A stretch of 64,000 bases of DNA. Origin: a virus (lineage: Duplodnaviria > Heunggongvirae > Uroviricota > Caudoviricetes). The translations under genes and the position numbers were made by a program. The stretch covers positions 42,086-106,085 of IMG/VR virus record IMGVR_UViG_3300037421_000080; one strand, 5' to 3'. Each line of letters begins with the position of its first letter. Within the stretch, counting starts at the first letter, position 1. The notes under the pieces are model-generated. The model saw only the letters and a list, made by a program, of their open reading frames with translations, had not been told where the DNA came from and did no database searches. Below are positions 9,374 through 18,747 of the stretch, piece after piece.

Positions 9374-10572
9374 TGCCTAGGATCACGGGATACGACCAGG
9401 CCACCTTCCCCGGCTGCTGCTGCGGCATACCGCCGAGCAGCGGCCTCGGTCCTCCGGGTCCGTGCTGTGCGGAGGTCTTGTGTTCCAGATGCAACGGCAG
9501 CTTCGCCAATACGTGCACCCTCCACGTGCCATTAGGCACATTCAACGCCACCGGCGACGCCAACCTGGACGGGGACTACACCCTCTACTTGATCCCCGTC
9601 GGCTTCGGGGTCGTGGACTGCGGCCAGTTCCCGCCCGGATCCCCTCCCGCCCTCTGGTGCTCCGGACCGGGGCAGTGCGGAGCGTCCCAGTGCCCTACCT
9701 ACGTCTCCCCCGAATTCAATGCGGGGGCGTACAAGGCGTTCTGGTTCCTGGCCTGCACCTACCCGATCGACGCGAACTTCTTTGCGTTTACCGGCAATGG
9801 TCCGGATCTTGGAAGCGGCTGGTGGCTCTCCCTGAGCATCTACACCGCTGGCCACCTGACGTGCGGCTCATACGGGGGCCCGGGGAGGGGCAACGATGAG
9901 ACGTTCTTTCAGACCTACCCAAACTTTGCCTGGAAATTTCCAACAGAGTCTGGTTGGGCTTGCAACAACGGCTCCAATCTCATGACGGCGATCGACGGAA
10001 CAGCATTTCCGGGTTGGTCGTTCGCCCCTTGGGATTTCCTGAGCGCCTATGTCCCCGGCAATTTAACTGTAGTGACCAAGGCCGGCAGCGCCTCCATGCT
10101 GGCAACTTTGGGGGGAACAAACGTCGATCTCAACCCCAACGGGGGGGTATTTCCCGATACGGTCTACCTAACGGTCACCAACCAGACCGGGTTCCCTTGC
10201 AGCATGTCCGGATCGTTCGCCCTGGCCAGGGAGTTCAGCAACGGGAGCTTCCCGAACTACCCGTCGTGGGTGGACGGAAGCCCCCCCTTCGCTGGGCCGC
10301 CTTGCCCCTCCTTTTTGGGGAGCCTCTGCACCGATTCAAACAGATGCGTCTATACGGTCGAGTTGACCTGCGGCTGCCCAGACGGGCCCTATGCACTTAA
10401 CATTTTCTCGGACAGCGGGGCGGGACCAGTTCTGATGGCCTCCTTCGCGCAGACCGGGCAGGAGTGCAACCCATTCATGATCTTGTTCGACTACAGCAAC
10501 GCCCCTACTACTACCGTTGACTGCCTGGGCAACCCCGTGGTCTTTACTTTCAAGGGATTAATCACCGAATGA
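9373..10572 (+). CDS. Cys-rich tail-associated protein
   Basis: TAATG start overlap. About 25 Cys. Several N-x-S/T motifs. Confidence 0.5.
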   Translation: MPRITGYDQATFPGCCCGIPPSSGLGPPGPCCAEVLCSRCNGSFANTCTLHVPLGTFNATGDANLDGDYTLYLIPVGFGVVDCGQFPPGSPPALWCSGPGQCGASQCPTYVSPEFNAGAYKAFWFLACTYPIDANFFAFTGNGPDLGSGWWLSLSIYTAGHLTCGSYGGPGRGNDETFFQTYPNFAWKFPTESGWACNNGSNLMTAIDGTAFPGWSFAPWDFLSAYVPGNLTVVTKAGSASMLATLGGTNVDLNPNGGVFPDTVYLTVTNQTGFPCSMSGSFALAREFSNGSFPNYPSWVDGSPPFAGPPCPSFLGSLCTDSNRCVYTVELTCGCPDGPYALNIFSDSGAGPVLMASFAQTGQECNPFMILFDYSNAPTTTVDCLGNPVVFTFKGLITE

Positions 10573-10940
10573 AACTCTTGCCCCCCTGCGAGCACAACCC
10601 CCTTCAAGCCCTAGTCGGGCCCTGGTCAGAGAAGCAGTGCCGGGTGTGCTGGAAGTTCCTGAATAGCGAGCGCCACCGCAGTCGCTGGGAGCAGCTGGCC
10701 GCCGAGCAACGGGGCGGACCGAGCCTGCTGAAGAGGGCTGGCCACTTCGCGCTGGCCGTGGGTAAGCACCTGCTCAACGGCATGAGGCTAGTCAGCACCG
10801 AGACGTACACTAGCCGGATGTCCATCTGTAAGCAGTGCCCCATGCTCAAGGCGGGCACCTGCCTGCACGGCAGCTGCGGCTGCGCAATCGCCAACAAGGC
10901 CCGCTGGGAGAGCGAGAGATGCCCGATCGACAAATGGTGA
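10569..10940 (+). CDS. small Cys-rich zinc-ribbon protein
   Basis: ATGA overlap with the upstream gene. EKQCRVCW motif shared with the next gene, plus a C-terminal Cys cluster. Confidence 0.45.
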   Translation: MKLLPPCEHNPLQALVGPWSEKQCRVCWKFLNSERHRSRWEQLAAEQRGGPSLLKRAGHFALAVGKHLLNGMRLVSTETYTSRMSICKQCPMLKAGTCLHGSCGCAIANKARWESERCPIDKW

Positions 10941-11959
10941 TAAGCCGCCCCTGTCGGTGCGACAACGCTATTGTGGGACCATATTATCTCGGCCAGTGCA
11001 GGATATGCTGGATCTGGAAGCACGAGGGGGCGCTCGGTCATAAATATCGGGAGGCGTGGAAGTTCTTCCTCTGGGACCAAGAGGGGGAGGGCTCCCCGCG
11101 ACGGATCCAGACCCTCCAGTTCAGCAGCGACTATCAGAGAATCAACCCCTCCCTGTCCTGGCACAAGGGCAAGCTCTGGCTGGCGTGGAGGCACGGGTGG
11201 GGATACGCCCAGATCGGCCTAGCGGAATTGAATCCAGACACCTGGGAAGTGTCCCACGAGCGGATCCTGGATGGACCGCGCATCACCGAGGACCAGCTGG
11301 GGAGGGAGGACCCCCGCCTCTGGCTCTGGCAGGGGAATCTGCACGTGACCTACTCGGGGCTGGAGAACGTCAGCAACGGCATGAGGACCAGCGTCTGCTC
11401 GGCCAGGATCGACAGGGAGCACCACCTGGTCGAGTCTCGTTACGAGCACTACGACAACCGGACCAGCTGGGAGAAGAACTGGGGGTTCTTCACCCAGGAC
11501 GAGAGGCGGTACTGCGTCTACAATATCGCCCCGCACCACGTGTTCCGCATGGACAGGAAGGTGACCGAAGAGTACAGGACCCCCTTCTCGCCGGCCTGGC
11601 ACCCCTGGAGCCTGCGCGGCGGTGCGAGCCCCTTGCTGGTGGGAGACGAATACTACTCCTTTTTCCACGGGGTCTGCCTCAGGGGGAGAACCGCCTACTG
11701 CGTGGGCCTTTACACTTTTGACGCCGAGCCCCCCTTTCGGCCACGGCGGATGGTCCAGTACCCCCTACTGCTGCCCGAGCTCAGGGACCGGGGGGGCAGG
11801 GGGTGCAAGGACGTGATCTACCCTGGCGGCGCCGTGCTGCACCGGGGGCTGTGGCTGATCGCGGCGGGGTACTACGATCGCGAGTGCCGCATGTACTCTC
11901 TGGACGCCCAAGAGGTGGAGGAATTGCTCAAGCCCATCCCCGAGGAGTATCTGCGATGA
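10934..11959 (+). CDS. GH130/DUF377-like beta-propeller glycoside phosphorylase/hydrolase-like protein with N-terminal zinc ribbon
   Basis: ATG 10934 overlaps the upstream stop. EDPRLW..Y motif and C-terminal GGAVL.RGLWLIAAGYYD block resemble GH130/DUF377 proteins. Confidence 0.4.
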   Translation: MVISRPCRCDNAIVGPYYLGQCRICWIWKHEGALGHKYREAWKFFLWDQEGEGSPRRIQTLQFSSDYQRINPSLSWHKGKLWLAWRHGWGYAQIGLAELNPDTWEVSHERILDGPRITEDQLGREDPRLWLWQGNLHVTYSGLENVSNGMRTSVCSARIDREHHLVESRYEHYDNRTSWEKNWGFFTQDERRYCVYNIAPHHVFRMDRKVTEEYRTPFSPAWHPWSLRGGASPLLVGDEYYSFFHGVCLRGRTAYCVGLYTFDAEPPFRPRRMVQYPLLLPELRDRGGRGCKDVIYPGGAVLHRGLWLIAAGYYDRECRMYSLDAQEVEELLKPIPEEYLR

Positions 11960-12615
11960 ATCTGCCACCGATGTACTGCATCACCTGTTCGGCTTCCGGC
12001 AGGACCGAGCGGACGGCCAGCCACTTTCAGCAGCACGGGTTGGACGTGACTTTCGTCGAGGGGATCCAGGGGTCCAAGTGGGGGCTACGGACCGTTCTGG
12101 AAGCCAACCCCGAGGACGGCTACATCATGTCGGCGGGGAACGTGGGCTGCACATTATCCCACTACATGCTCTGGCAAGCCCTGTTTCTGCTTGGAGTAGA
12201 GGCGGCGCTCATCTTCGAGGACGACGTGAGATTGGAGGTCGATTTCAAGAAGAGATTACAAAGAGCGCTGGGTCTACTGCCCGAGGATTGGCAGATGGCC
12301 TATGTCGGCTCGTTCGGGACGGAGTTCAAACCCATCCAGTGGGCCAGACCCCCCTGGGCCAGAGTTCTTGATCCCTTCGGCTTGCACTGCTATCTGGTGA
12401 GGAGATCTGTCCTCCCCATCCTACTTGAAACTAACCGAGAAGCCCGAACGCACATCGACATCCAAATCATTGAGAACAGTTTCCCCCGCTTGAGCTACTA
12501 CGTCTGCTGGCCGTCGCTGGCGGGCCAGCATAGTGGCGAGGGAAATTGGCCCCACACCACGGGGGATAACCTCCTGCCGTTCCCCGGAGAGAACCGTGCT
12601 CCAGCAGTGCCTTGA
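11956..12615 (+). CDS. glycosyltransferase family 25 (LPS/LOS-type)
   Basis: ATGA overlap. N-terminal I.L..A.ER......L...GL...F pattern and GCTLSHYMLWQ..IFEDD block characteristic of GT25 (Lic2A/LgtB-like). Confidence 0.65.
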   Translation: MNLPPMYCITCSASGRTERTASHFQQHGLDVTFVEGIQGSKWGLRTVLEANPEDGYIMSAGNVGCTLSHYMLWQALFLLGVEAALIFEDDVRLEVDFKKRLQRALGLLPEDWQMAYVGSFGTEFKPIQWARPPWARVLDPFGLHCYLVRRSVLPILLETNREARTHIDIQIIENSFPRLSYYVCWPSLAGQHSGEGNWPHTTGDNLLPFPGENRAPAVP

Positions 12616-13192
12616 GTCCATCGAATACGGCTGGTGCTCCATACAGAAGGCTCGTGAGTTGTGCCGCTTGATCGTCAAGACGAAGCCCGAGCTGGTCGTC
12701 GAGATTGGGGTATTCGGGGGGAAGTCCCTGGTGCCCCAGGCTCTGACCATGAAGTGGATGGGTCGAGGCAAGATCGTCGGGATCGACCCCTGGAGCAGAG
12801 AGGAGGCTCTGGTTGGCGACGAGGGCGAGGGGCACGCGAGGTGGTGGAGCGGGCTGGACTTTGAGGGGATCTACCGGTGTTGCCTCCGGGCGATCGAGAA
12901 CCACCAGGTCCAGGGCCACTGCGAGCTGCTGCGAATGACCAGCGAGCAGGCGGCTCTCAGGTTTTTACCGAGCAGCATAGACATCCTCCACATCGACGGG
13001 AACCACAGCGAGGGGGCGAGCTGCCGCGACGTGGAGCTGTGGGTCCCCAGGCTCAGGGGCGGTGGCCATCTCTGGTTCGACGACGCGGATTGGGCGTCGA
13101 CCCAGAGGGCGGTGGCCGTACTCAATAAGAAGCTGTCAAGAATCGAGAACGTAGGAAACTGCTTCCTCTATCAAAACATGGGGTCGCCATGA
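12596..13192 (+). CDS. class I SAM-dependent methyltransferase (TylF/MycF-like, Methyltransf_24)
   Basis: GTG start candidate at 12596. ELVVEIGVFGGKSL SAM-binding motif and IDILHIDGNHS..WFDDADW block typical of sugar O-methyltransferases. Confidence 0.55.
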   Translation: MLQQCLESIEYGWCSIQKARELCRLIVKTKPELVVEIGVFGGKSLVPQALTMKWMGRGKIVGIDPWSREEALVGDEGEGHARWWSGLDFEGIYRCCLRAIENHQVQGHCELLRMTSEQAALRFLPSSIDILHIDGNHSEGASCRDVELWVPRLRGGGHLWFDDADWASTQRAVAVLNKKLSRIENVGNCFLYQNMGSP

Positions 13193-13404
13193 TCATCGGT
13201 CTAGGCACTGGCGAGAAGGCTGTTTGCAGTTTATGCAACCTACCCATTAAGGGTATACTGGAATCGGACTTAAAACGCAAACTGAGGGAGCATCTGTCCA
13301 TCTACCACGGCAGAATGATGGTAACGATCAAGGAGCGGAAGGACGGAAACTGGGAGATGCATGGCATCCGCTGGAAGCATGACATGGACCGAGAGGGCCG
13401 CTAG
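13189..13404 (+). CDS. small hypothetical protein (CxxC)
   Basis: ATGA overlap. 71 aa. Confidence 0.4.
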   Translation: MIIGLGTGEKAVCSLCNLPIKGILESDLKRKLREHLSIYHGRMMVTIKERKDGNWEMHGIRWKHDMDREGR

Positions 13405-13754
13405 TGGCAGACCCGATCTATACCGACTACATTATGGCGATCGAGGAGGACTCGACCCTCTACTTCTCTGGGAATACTTCTGTTGGGGACGTTTCCTATC
13501 GCTTCCAGGCTATGCGACGGTTCAATGGCGTCTCTGGCCTGATAGCTCTTTATGTCTCGCCAAACAACAACGGTACTTCTGGAATCACGATCACCAACAG
13601 CGGCCTCGGACTCATGTCCTTCTTCATACCCGCCCTGTTCACCAGCGGTTGGGACCCAGGGGCCTATGCCTACGACCTCCAGGAAACCAGCGTAGGATCA
13701 CATGAGACGCTCCAGGAAGGCTACTTGTTAGTGGAGCCGGATACAGGAATCTGA
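13404..13754 (+). CDS. stand-alone fiber-domain protein (paralog of a domain inside the 1659-aa fiber)
   Basis: GTG start overlapping the TAG stop. The YRFQAMRRFNGVSGLIALYVSPNNNGTSGITITNSGLG..PGAYAYDL block aligns with MQFQAKHRFEGNSGLIECFGAPGYNGISGIAVINSGLG..PGSYAYDL in the giant fiber. Confidence 0.5.
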   Translation: MADPIYTDYIMAIEEDSTLYFSGNTSVGDVSYRFQAMRRFNGVSGLIALYVSPNNNGTSGITITNSGLGLMSFFIPALFTSGWDPGAYAYDLQETSVGSHETLQEGYLLVEPDTGI

Positions 13755-13757
13755 TCT

Positions 13758-16700
13758 ATGGCGACATTCGGGAATACAGCAGTTGGCGGATCTCAGGACG
13801 TCTATCCTATCGCCAACTACCTCTTCGCCTATGGGCCGTTCGTGCCCGCTGGTAATGGCACGATCCAGTCCCTTTCCATCAACATCAAGGACGTGGGAAC
13901 TGCATCAAACATCCAGTTGGCCCTCTATACAGGCAGCTCTACAGCTCCGGATACAGGCACGTTGGTGGCCAAGACGGCCAGCATAGCCATTGCCACTGGT
14001 CCGAACACAGGCGTCACGCTAACTACCCCGGCGATCACCGGCGGGATGAATTACTGGATCTGCATTGAATCGGACGGGACCTGCCATCCAGCTAGCACTT
14101 CCGGCTTCGGGCTTGGCTATGAATCCTATGCCTCGTCGGCATTTGGCGTTTGGCCAGCCATGATGCCGACGACCTCGTTCATCACCCACGATCTTGCTAT
14201 CACTGTCTATGGAACCTACACTCCGACCTCTGGGATTGTCCTCAGTCCAACTACGCTTGCTAATGGGGACAACGGCACGCCCTATCTCCAGACGCTTACT
14301 GCAACAGGCGGAACAGCTCCTTACGCCTTCACGCGAACAGCAGGGACACTACCTACTGGGGTAGTGCTGAGCACTGTCGGTGTACTGAGCGGAACGCCGT
14401 CCTCTACGGCTGCTTTCACATTCACAATAACAGCTACGGACAACGTTTCTGCGACTGGCCTCCAGGCGTATACCGTCACGATCAATGCAGCGGTGTCGAT
14501 AACGACGGCTTCCCCGTTGACGGGTGGTAACACAGGAGCGGCCTACAACCAGACTCTCGCAGCTACGGGAGGCAGTGCTTCCTACACATGGTCCACGACG
14601 AGTGGTACGTTGCCTACAGGAATAACCCTGAGCACGGCGGGAGTGCTGAGCGGCACGCCTACCGTAGTAGGGGTCTACACATTCGTGGCGACAGCGACGG
14701 ATACATTGGGCGGAGTCGGCAACAAGAGCTTCTCGCTGACCATCACGCAAGTTATCTTGCTGTCTCCAACTATGCTGCCTTCCGACACAGTCAATACTGC
14801 CTACAACCAGACGCTCACGGCTTCCGGTGGAACAGGACCGTACACCTTCGCCAAGACAGCTGGAACTCTGCCCACGGGCATCACTATCAGCACAGCAGGA
14901 GTGCTGAGCGGTACGCCTACTGTCCTAGGGATGTTTACCTTCACGATCACTGCCACGGATAGCCTCTCTGCCACTGGAGCCCAAGCTTACACGGTAAACA
15001 TCAATGCGGGGAAGACGGTCCTGCAAGCCTCCGACTTCACTTACCAAGGATTTTACTTTATCCCAGGCGACGACAGAGCTTACAATGTTGGCCTGACTCA
15101 TCGCTATGTGAATAATCAACTTCAACTTCTCATGGAGGATTTTAATAGTTACCAGTTTGATATAGTCGCTTTCACCTTACCGAGCGGGGGATTTGGTTCT
15201 ACCATCACTGATCCTTTCCTGTACAGATGGCCTGGTGCGGCCGTCTGGGCTTTTAAGCCAGCCACTCATGCTTCAAGCCACTTCACGAACATCTGGTACG
15301 AAGACCTGGGCAGTGGCAACAATCGGCTCTGGGGCAGCCAGGGGATTGTCTATCCGACCACTGGTGTGGATCCCACCGTCGGGCCTTACAATTCAGATTT
15401 CCTCTGCGAAGCGATCAGCGTCCGAACTTTGCACAATGACAACACAGTGACCGGAGCCGCAGGGCTCTGGGGCCTCCAGGATCCCTACAACGACACCTTC
15501 AAATTGGGCGGACCGAACAACGCAGGAATCAGCCAGCGGTGTCTCTATGGTAAAGTGCAGCCAATTCCCAGCTGGTTCCAGACTCTTTACAGTGTGCCTC
15601 CCTACTTGCTGGGAGCAGGCGGGCAGGCATCTTTGGCGGCACAGGCAGGTATCTGCTCTTTCGGCTTGTTTCTAGCAGCGGTTCCCCTCCTGACCACTTA
15701 CGTGCCGCCCTTGAACTATTCCTATGGAGGATACAACGGAGACGGAAGCGATTGGGTTGTTCCATCTACCGACTTCAAGATACTGGCCGACCATCGACTA
15801 GGCACCAGGCAGGGCGACTGGTACATAACACCGGGAACTCCGAGTACGTTCGATCGTGGGATCAAGATCACTTCGGAGCTGAACTACTATGACCACTCGC
15901 CGGGGGGGACTCAGGCTTACTACTTTGCCTTTCCCACATCGAACACAGCGACGATAACCAGTGATAATCCTGCGAAAGTGATATTCAACCTCCCCCAGCC
16001 CACGCCTCCTTATTTGCCATTCGTTGCTGGTGATTTCATTTACGTTCACGGCTTCTTACCTGTAGCGATCGCATCTGTAACCGATGCTCGCAACGTCACA
16101 CTGGTCTCCTCCTATGCTGGTGCTCCTCTGACGAACGTTGAGTGGGGCTTCCTTTGCAATCCAGCTAACTTGCTAGCCAATGGGGCGCAATGGACCTCTC
16201 CAGCCCCAGACGGATTCAACCGCTGGGCAGAGACCGATAGCTACTTCGGAGGAGCTGAATGGATTGACGGGTCCACCAAGACAGGCATTGTCTGTGTCGG
16301 ATCCTTCTCCAAAGGCAAGCAGTGGTATCCCTATGGATCACCTGAATCCGACGACAGCGGATTTGAGATTCATGTCTACGATCCAGCCGATCTAGGATCT
16401 GTGCTTGCAGGCAGCAAGAATCGCTGGAATGTGCAGCCTGCTTCCATGAAGGACATCACTGGAGACTTCCACGATAAGCTCGTAGGAGGAAGTCGCAACA
16501 CAAATATCTCTTGCCCGGTGGGCCAGACATTCGTTCCAGGGGTTGCAGATCCTACAATCGGAACATTGTACGTCTTAGTGAATGGTTGCTCTCTTGGGGG
16601 CAACCTCGGATCTATCCTGCTGGCCTACTCAGTCAACATGGGAGCCAGTGCCATCTCCCTCAGTCCATCTTCTTTGGTTAGCTGGACAATCAGCAAATCC

Positions 16701-18737
16701 GGCTACAGCCAGACAATCACCGCATCTGGTGGGACTTCGCCCTACACCTACGCGATCACTTCCGGCAATGCGCCCACGGGCTTGACTTTTAGCACTGCTG
16801 GTGTCTTCTCCGGAACGCCTACCGCTGCTGGCACCTTCGCCTTCACCGTCACCGCTACGGACAACGCCTCCCTAACCGGGAGCCGGAACTATAGCATCGT
16901 AATCAACCCAGCCATCGTCGTAGTGCCCACCAATCTTCCTGTTGGGACAGTCAGCGTCTCCTACAATCAGACTATCTCCACTACAGGGGGTACAGGGCCA
17001 TTTACATTCGCCAAGACAGCCGGCACGCTGCCAACGGGCCTGAGCATAAACGCCTTCGGGACATTGTTTGGGACTCCTACAGTCGCGGGCAGCTATACCT
17101 TCACAATCACAGCGACGGACACTCCGGGGGCTACCGGAGCCCGAGCCTATACAGTCGTCATCAACGGCCTGGTCATTACTCCAACATCTCTTCCCAACTG
17201 GACTGCGGGCAAATCAGGCTATCTCCAGACCCTCGTTGCCACGGGCGGGACCCCGGCCTACACCTATGCCACTGGAGGGCTACCGACTGGACTGACCCTG
17301 GTTGGCAGTACAGGAGTAATCTCTGGAACTCCCACAGTTGCCGGGACCTACCCCTTCACGGTGACAGTGACGGATTCCCTCTCTGTCATAGGATCCCAAA
17401 ATTACAGTGTCACGATCAACGCAGCGATTGTGCTAGCGCCCACAACCCTTCCAGCTGGGATCACTACAATCCCCTACAGCCAGACGGTGGCAGCTACGGG
17501 AGGGACAGGAACACTGACATTCTCTGTAACGGTGGGAGCCTTGCCAACTGGTCTGACCATAAGCACTGCTGGCGTCATCTCCGGGACCCCGAACGCAGCG
17601 GGTGCCTTTCCGTTCACGATCACTGCTACAGACACAGTTGGCGCTACGGGCATCCAGGCGTATTCAGTAGCCATCACGGTCATCCCGCCTCAGCCTGCTC
17701 CACCCATTGTGACACAGTATGTCAACTATGTCATGGTGCAGGGGACGGATACCGTCCTGCTCTACTCTGGAACTTCTCCTGTCGATGGATTCTCAATGCA
17801 GTTCCAGGCCAAGCACCGGTTCGAGGGGAACTCCGGACTTATCGAGTGCTTCGGGGCTCCGGGCTACAACGGCATCTCTGGCATAGCCGTAATCAACAGT
17901 GGGCTAGGGCAGGCTCAGATCATCCTGCCCAACTGGATGACCAGCGGTCGACCTCCTGGATCCTACGCTTATGACTTGCGGAGGACGGACGCCGGGAAGC
18001 AGAGGATATTGGAGATCGGGCTGCTGGAGATCCTGCCTAACACTAGCAATACGCCCGATCCTCCTAGAGTCATTCCAGCTGGATCGACTGTCCTCGTCTG
18101 GGACTCCTTGCAGGACATCGACGGGACTCTGCTTCTCAACCACGGAACCCAGTTCGGGCCTAGCTGGTATGCACCTTTTGGCGGAGCGGGGAAGGGCTTC
18201 GTCATCAAGGACAACCGCTGCTATTACACATTCGTGCAATCATCGGCGGCTGCCCTAATCAATGTGAACAACGCTCCAGTCAGTAATGTGGGGGGTGTCT
18301 CTGTCCCCGCGAACTGCACAATGGCGGTCGTAATCAACTTTGGTGGGAACCCAGCTACGGATATTGAAGTCATTGCTGTGGAGGACAGTCTGACCATTCC
18401 GGGCGATGGGATATTCATAAGGTTAAACTCTGGAACGAACAAGTTCGATATCTATGATGGGACTGCTGCTACGGTTCTGATCTCCATCCCGTTTACCGTG
18501 GGGCTCTACACGGATTATACGATCTCAGTCACCACTGCTGGATTCAATCCTCTGGCTCCGCAGCAGGGGGGCGGAACTATTACTGCTACGATCAATGGAG
18601 GCAGTAAGATCATCGCGACAGCAGCAAGCCGCATTGGGAGCACCAGTTATGGGTCCGGGTTTGGGGTTGGAGTGTCTCTGTTCTCCAGTAACAGCAACGG
18701 TGAGAACTTCCGGGTCTTGTCCATCGTACAGCCGTAG
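13758..18737 (+). CDS. giant tail fiber/adhesin with tandem putative-Ig (Cadg/He_PIG-like) repeats
   Basis: 1659 aa. At least 10 repeats of ..TLPTG(L/I)TLSTAGV(L/I)SGTPT..G.Y.FT.TATD.. Confidence 0.7.
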   Translation: MATFGNTAVGGSQDVYPIANYLFAYGPFVPAGNGTIQSLSINIKDVGTASNIQLALYTGSSTAPDTGTLVAKTASIAIATGPNTGVTLTTPAITGGMNYWICIESDGTCHPASTSGFGLGYESYASSAFGVWPAMMPTTSFITHDLAITVYGTYTPTSGIVLSPTTLANGDNGTPYLQTLTATGGTAPYAFTRTAGTLPTGVVLSTVGVLSGTPSSTAAFTFTITATDNVSATGLQAYTVTINAAVSITTASPLTGGNTGAAYNQTLAATGGSASYTWSTTSGTLPTGITLSTAGVLSGTPTVVGVYTFVATATDTLGGVGNKSFSLTITQVILLSPTMLPSDTVNTAYNQTLTASGGTGPYTFAKTAGTLPTGITISTAGVLSGTPTVLGMFTFTITATDSLSATGAQAYTVNINAGKTVLQASDFTYQGFYFIPGDDRAYNVGLTHRYVNNQLQLLMEDFNSYQFDIVAFTLPSGGFGSTITDPFLYRWPGAAVWAFKPATHASSHFTNIWYEDLGSGNNRLWGSQGIVYPTTGVDPTVGPYNSDFLCEAISVRTLHNDNTVTGAAGLWGLQDPYNDTFKLGGPNNAGISQRCLYGKVQPIPSWFQTLYSVPPYLLGAGGQASLAAQAGICSFGLFLAAVPLLTTYVPPLNYSYGGYNGDGSDWVVPSTDFKILADHRLGTRQGDWYITPGTPSTFDRGIKITSELNYYDHSPGGTQAYYFAFPTSNTATITSDNPAKVIFNLPQPTPPYLPFVAGDFIYVHGFLPVAIASVTDARNVTLVSSYAGAPLTNVEWGFLCNPANLLANGAQWTSPAPDGFNRWAETDSYFGGAEWIDGSTKTGIVCVGSFSKGKQWYPYGSPESDDSGFEIHVYDPADLGSVLAGSKNRWNVQPASMKDITGDFHDKLVGGSRNTNISCPVGQTFVPGVADPTIGTLYVLVNGCSLGGNLGSILLAYSVNMGASAISLSPSSLVSWTISKSGYSQTITASGGTSPYTYAITSGNAPTGLTFSTAGVFSGTPTAAGTFAFTVTATDNASLTGSRNYSIVINPAIVVVPTNLPVGTVSVSYNQTISTTGGTGPFTFAKTAGTLPTGLSINAFGTLFGTPTVAGSYTFTITATDTPGATGARAYTVVINGLVITPTSLPNWTAGKSGYLQTLVATGGTPAYTYATGGLPTGLTLVGSTGVISGTPTVAGTYPFTVTVTDSLSVIGSQNYSVTINAAIVLAPTTLPAGITTIPYSQTVAATGGTGTLTFSVTVGALPTGLTISTAGVISGTPNAAGAFPFTITATDTVGATGIQAYSVAITVIPPQPAPPIVTQYVNYVMVQGTDTVLLYSGTSPVDGFSMQFQAKHRFEGNSGLIECFGAPGYNGISGIAVINSGLGQAQIILPNWMTSGRPPGSYAYDLRRTDAGKQRILEIGLLEILPNTSNTPDPPRVIPAGSTVLVWDSLQDIDGTLLLNHGTQFGPSWYAPFGGAGKGFVIKDNRCYYTFVQSSAAALINVNNAPVSNVGGVSVPANCTMAVVINFGGNPATDIEVIAVEDSLTIPGDGIFIRLNSGTNKFDIYDGTAATVLISIPFTVGLYTDYTISVTTAGFNPLAPQQGGGTITATINGGSKIIATAASRIGSTSYGSGFGVGVSLFSSNSNGENFRVLSIVQP

Positions 18738-18747
18738 GATTTGAGTT

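Noticed and set aside
9373-10572. N-glycosylation sequons (N-x-S/T) in the Cys-rich tail protein as evidence of N-linked glycosylation
   Set aside because: Sequons are expected by chance at this frequency. Bacterial N-glycosylation is rare. No oligosaccharyltransferase is seen.
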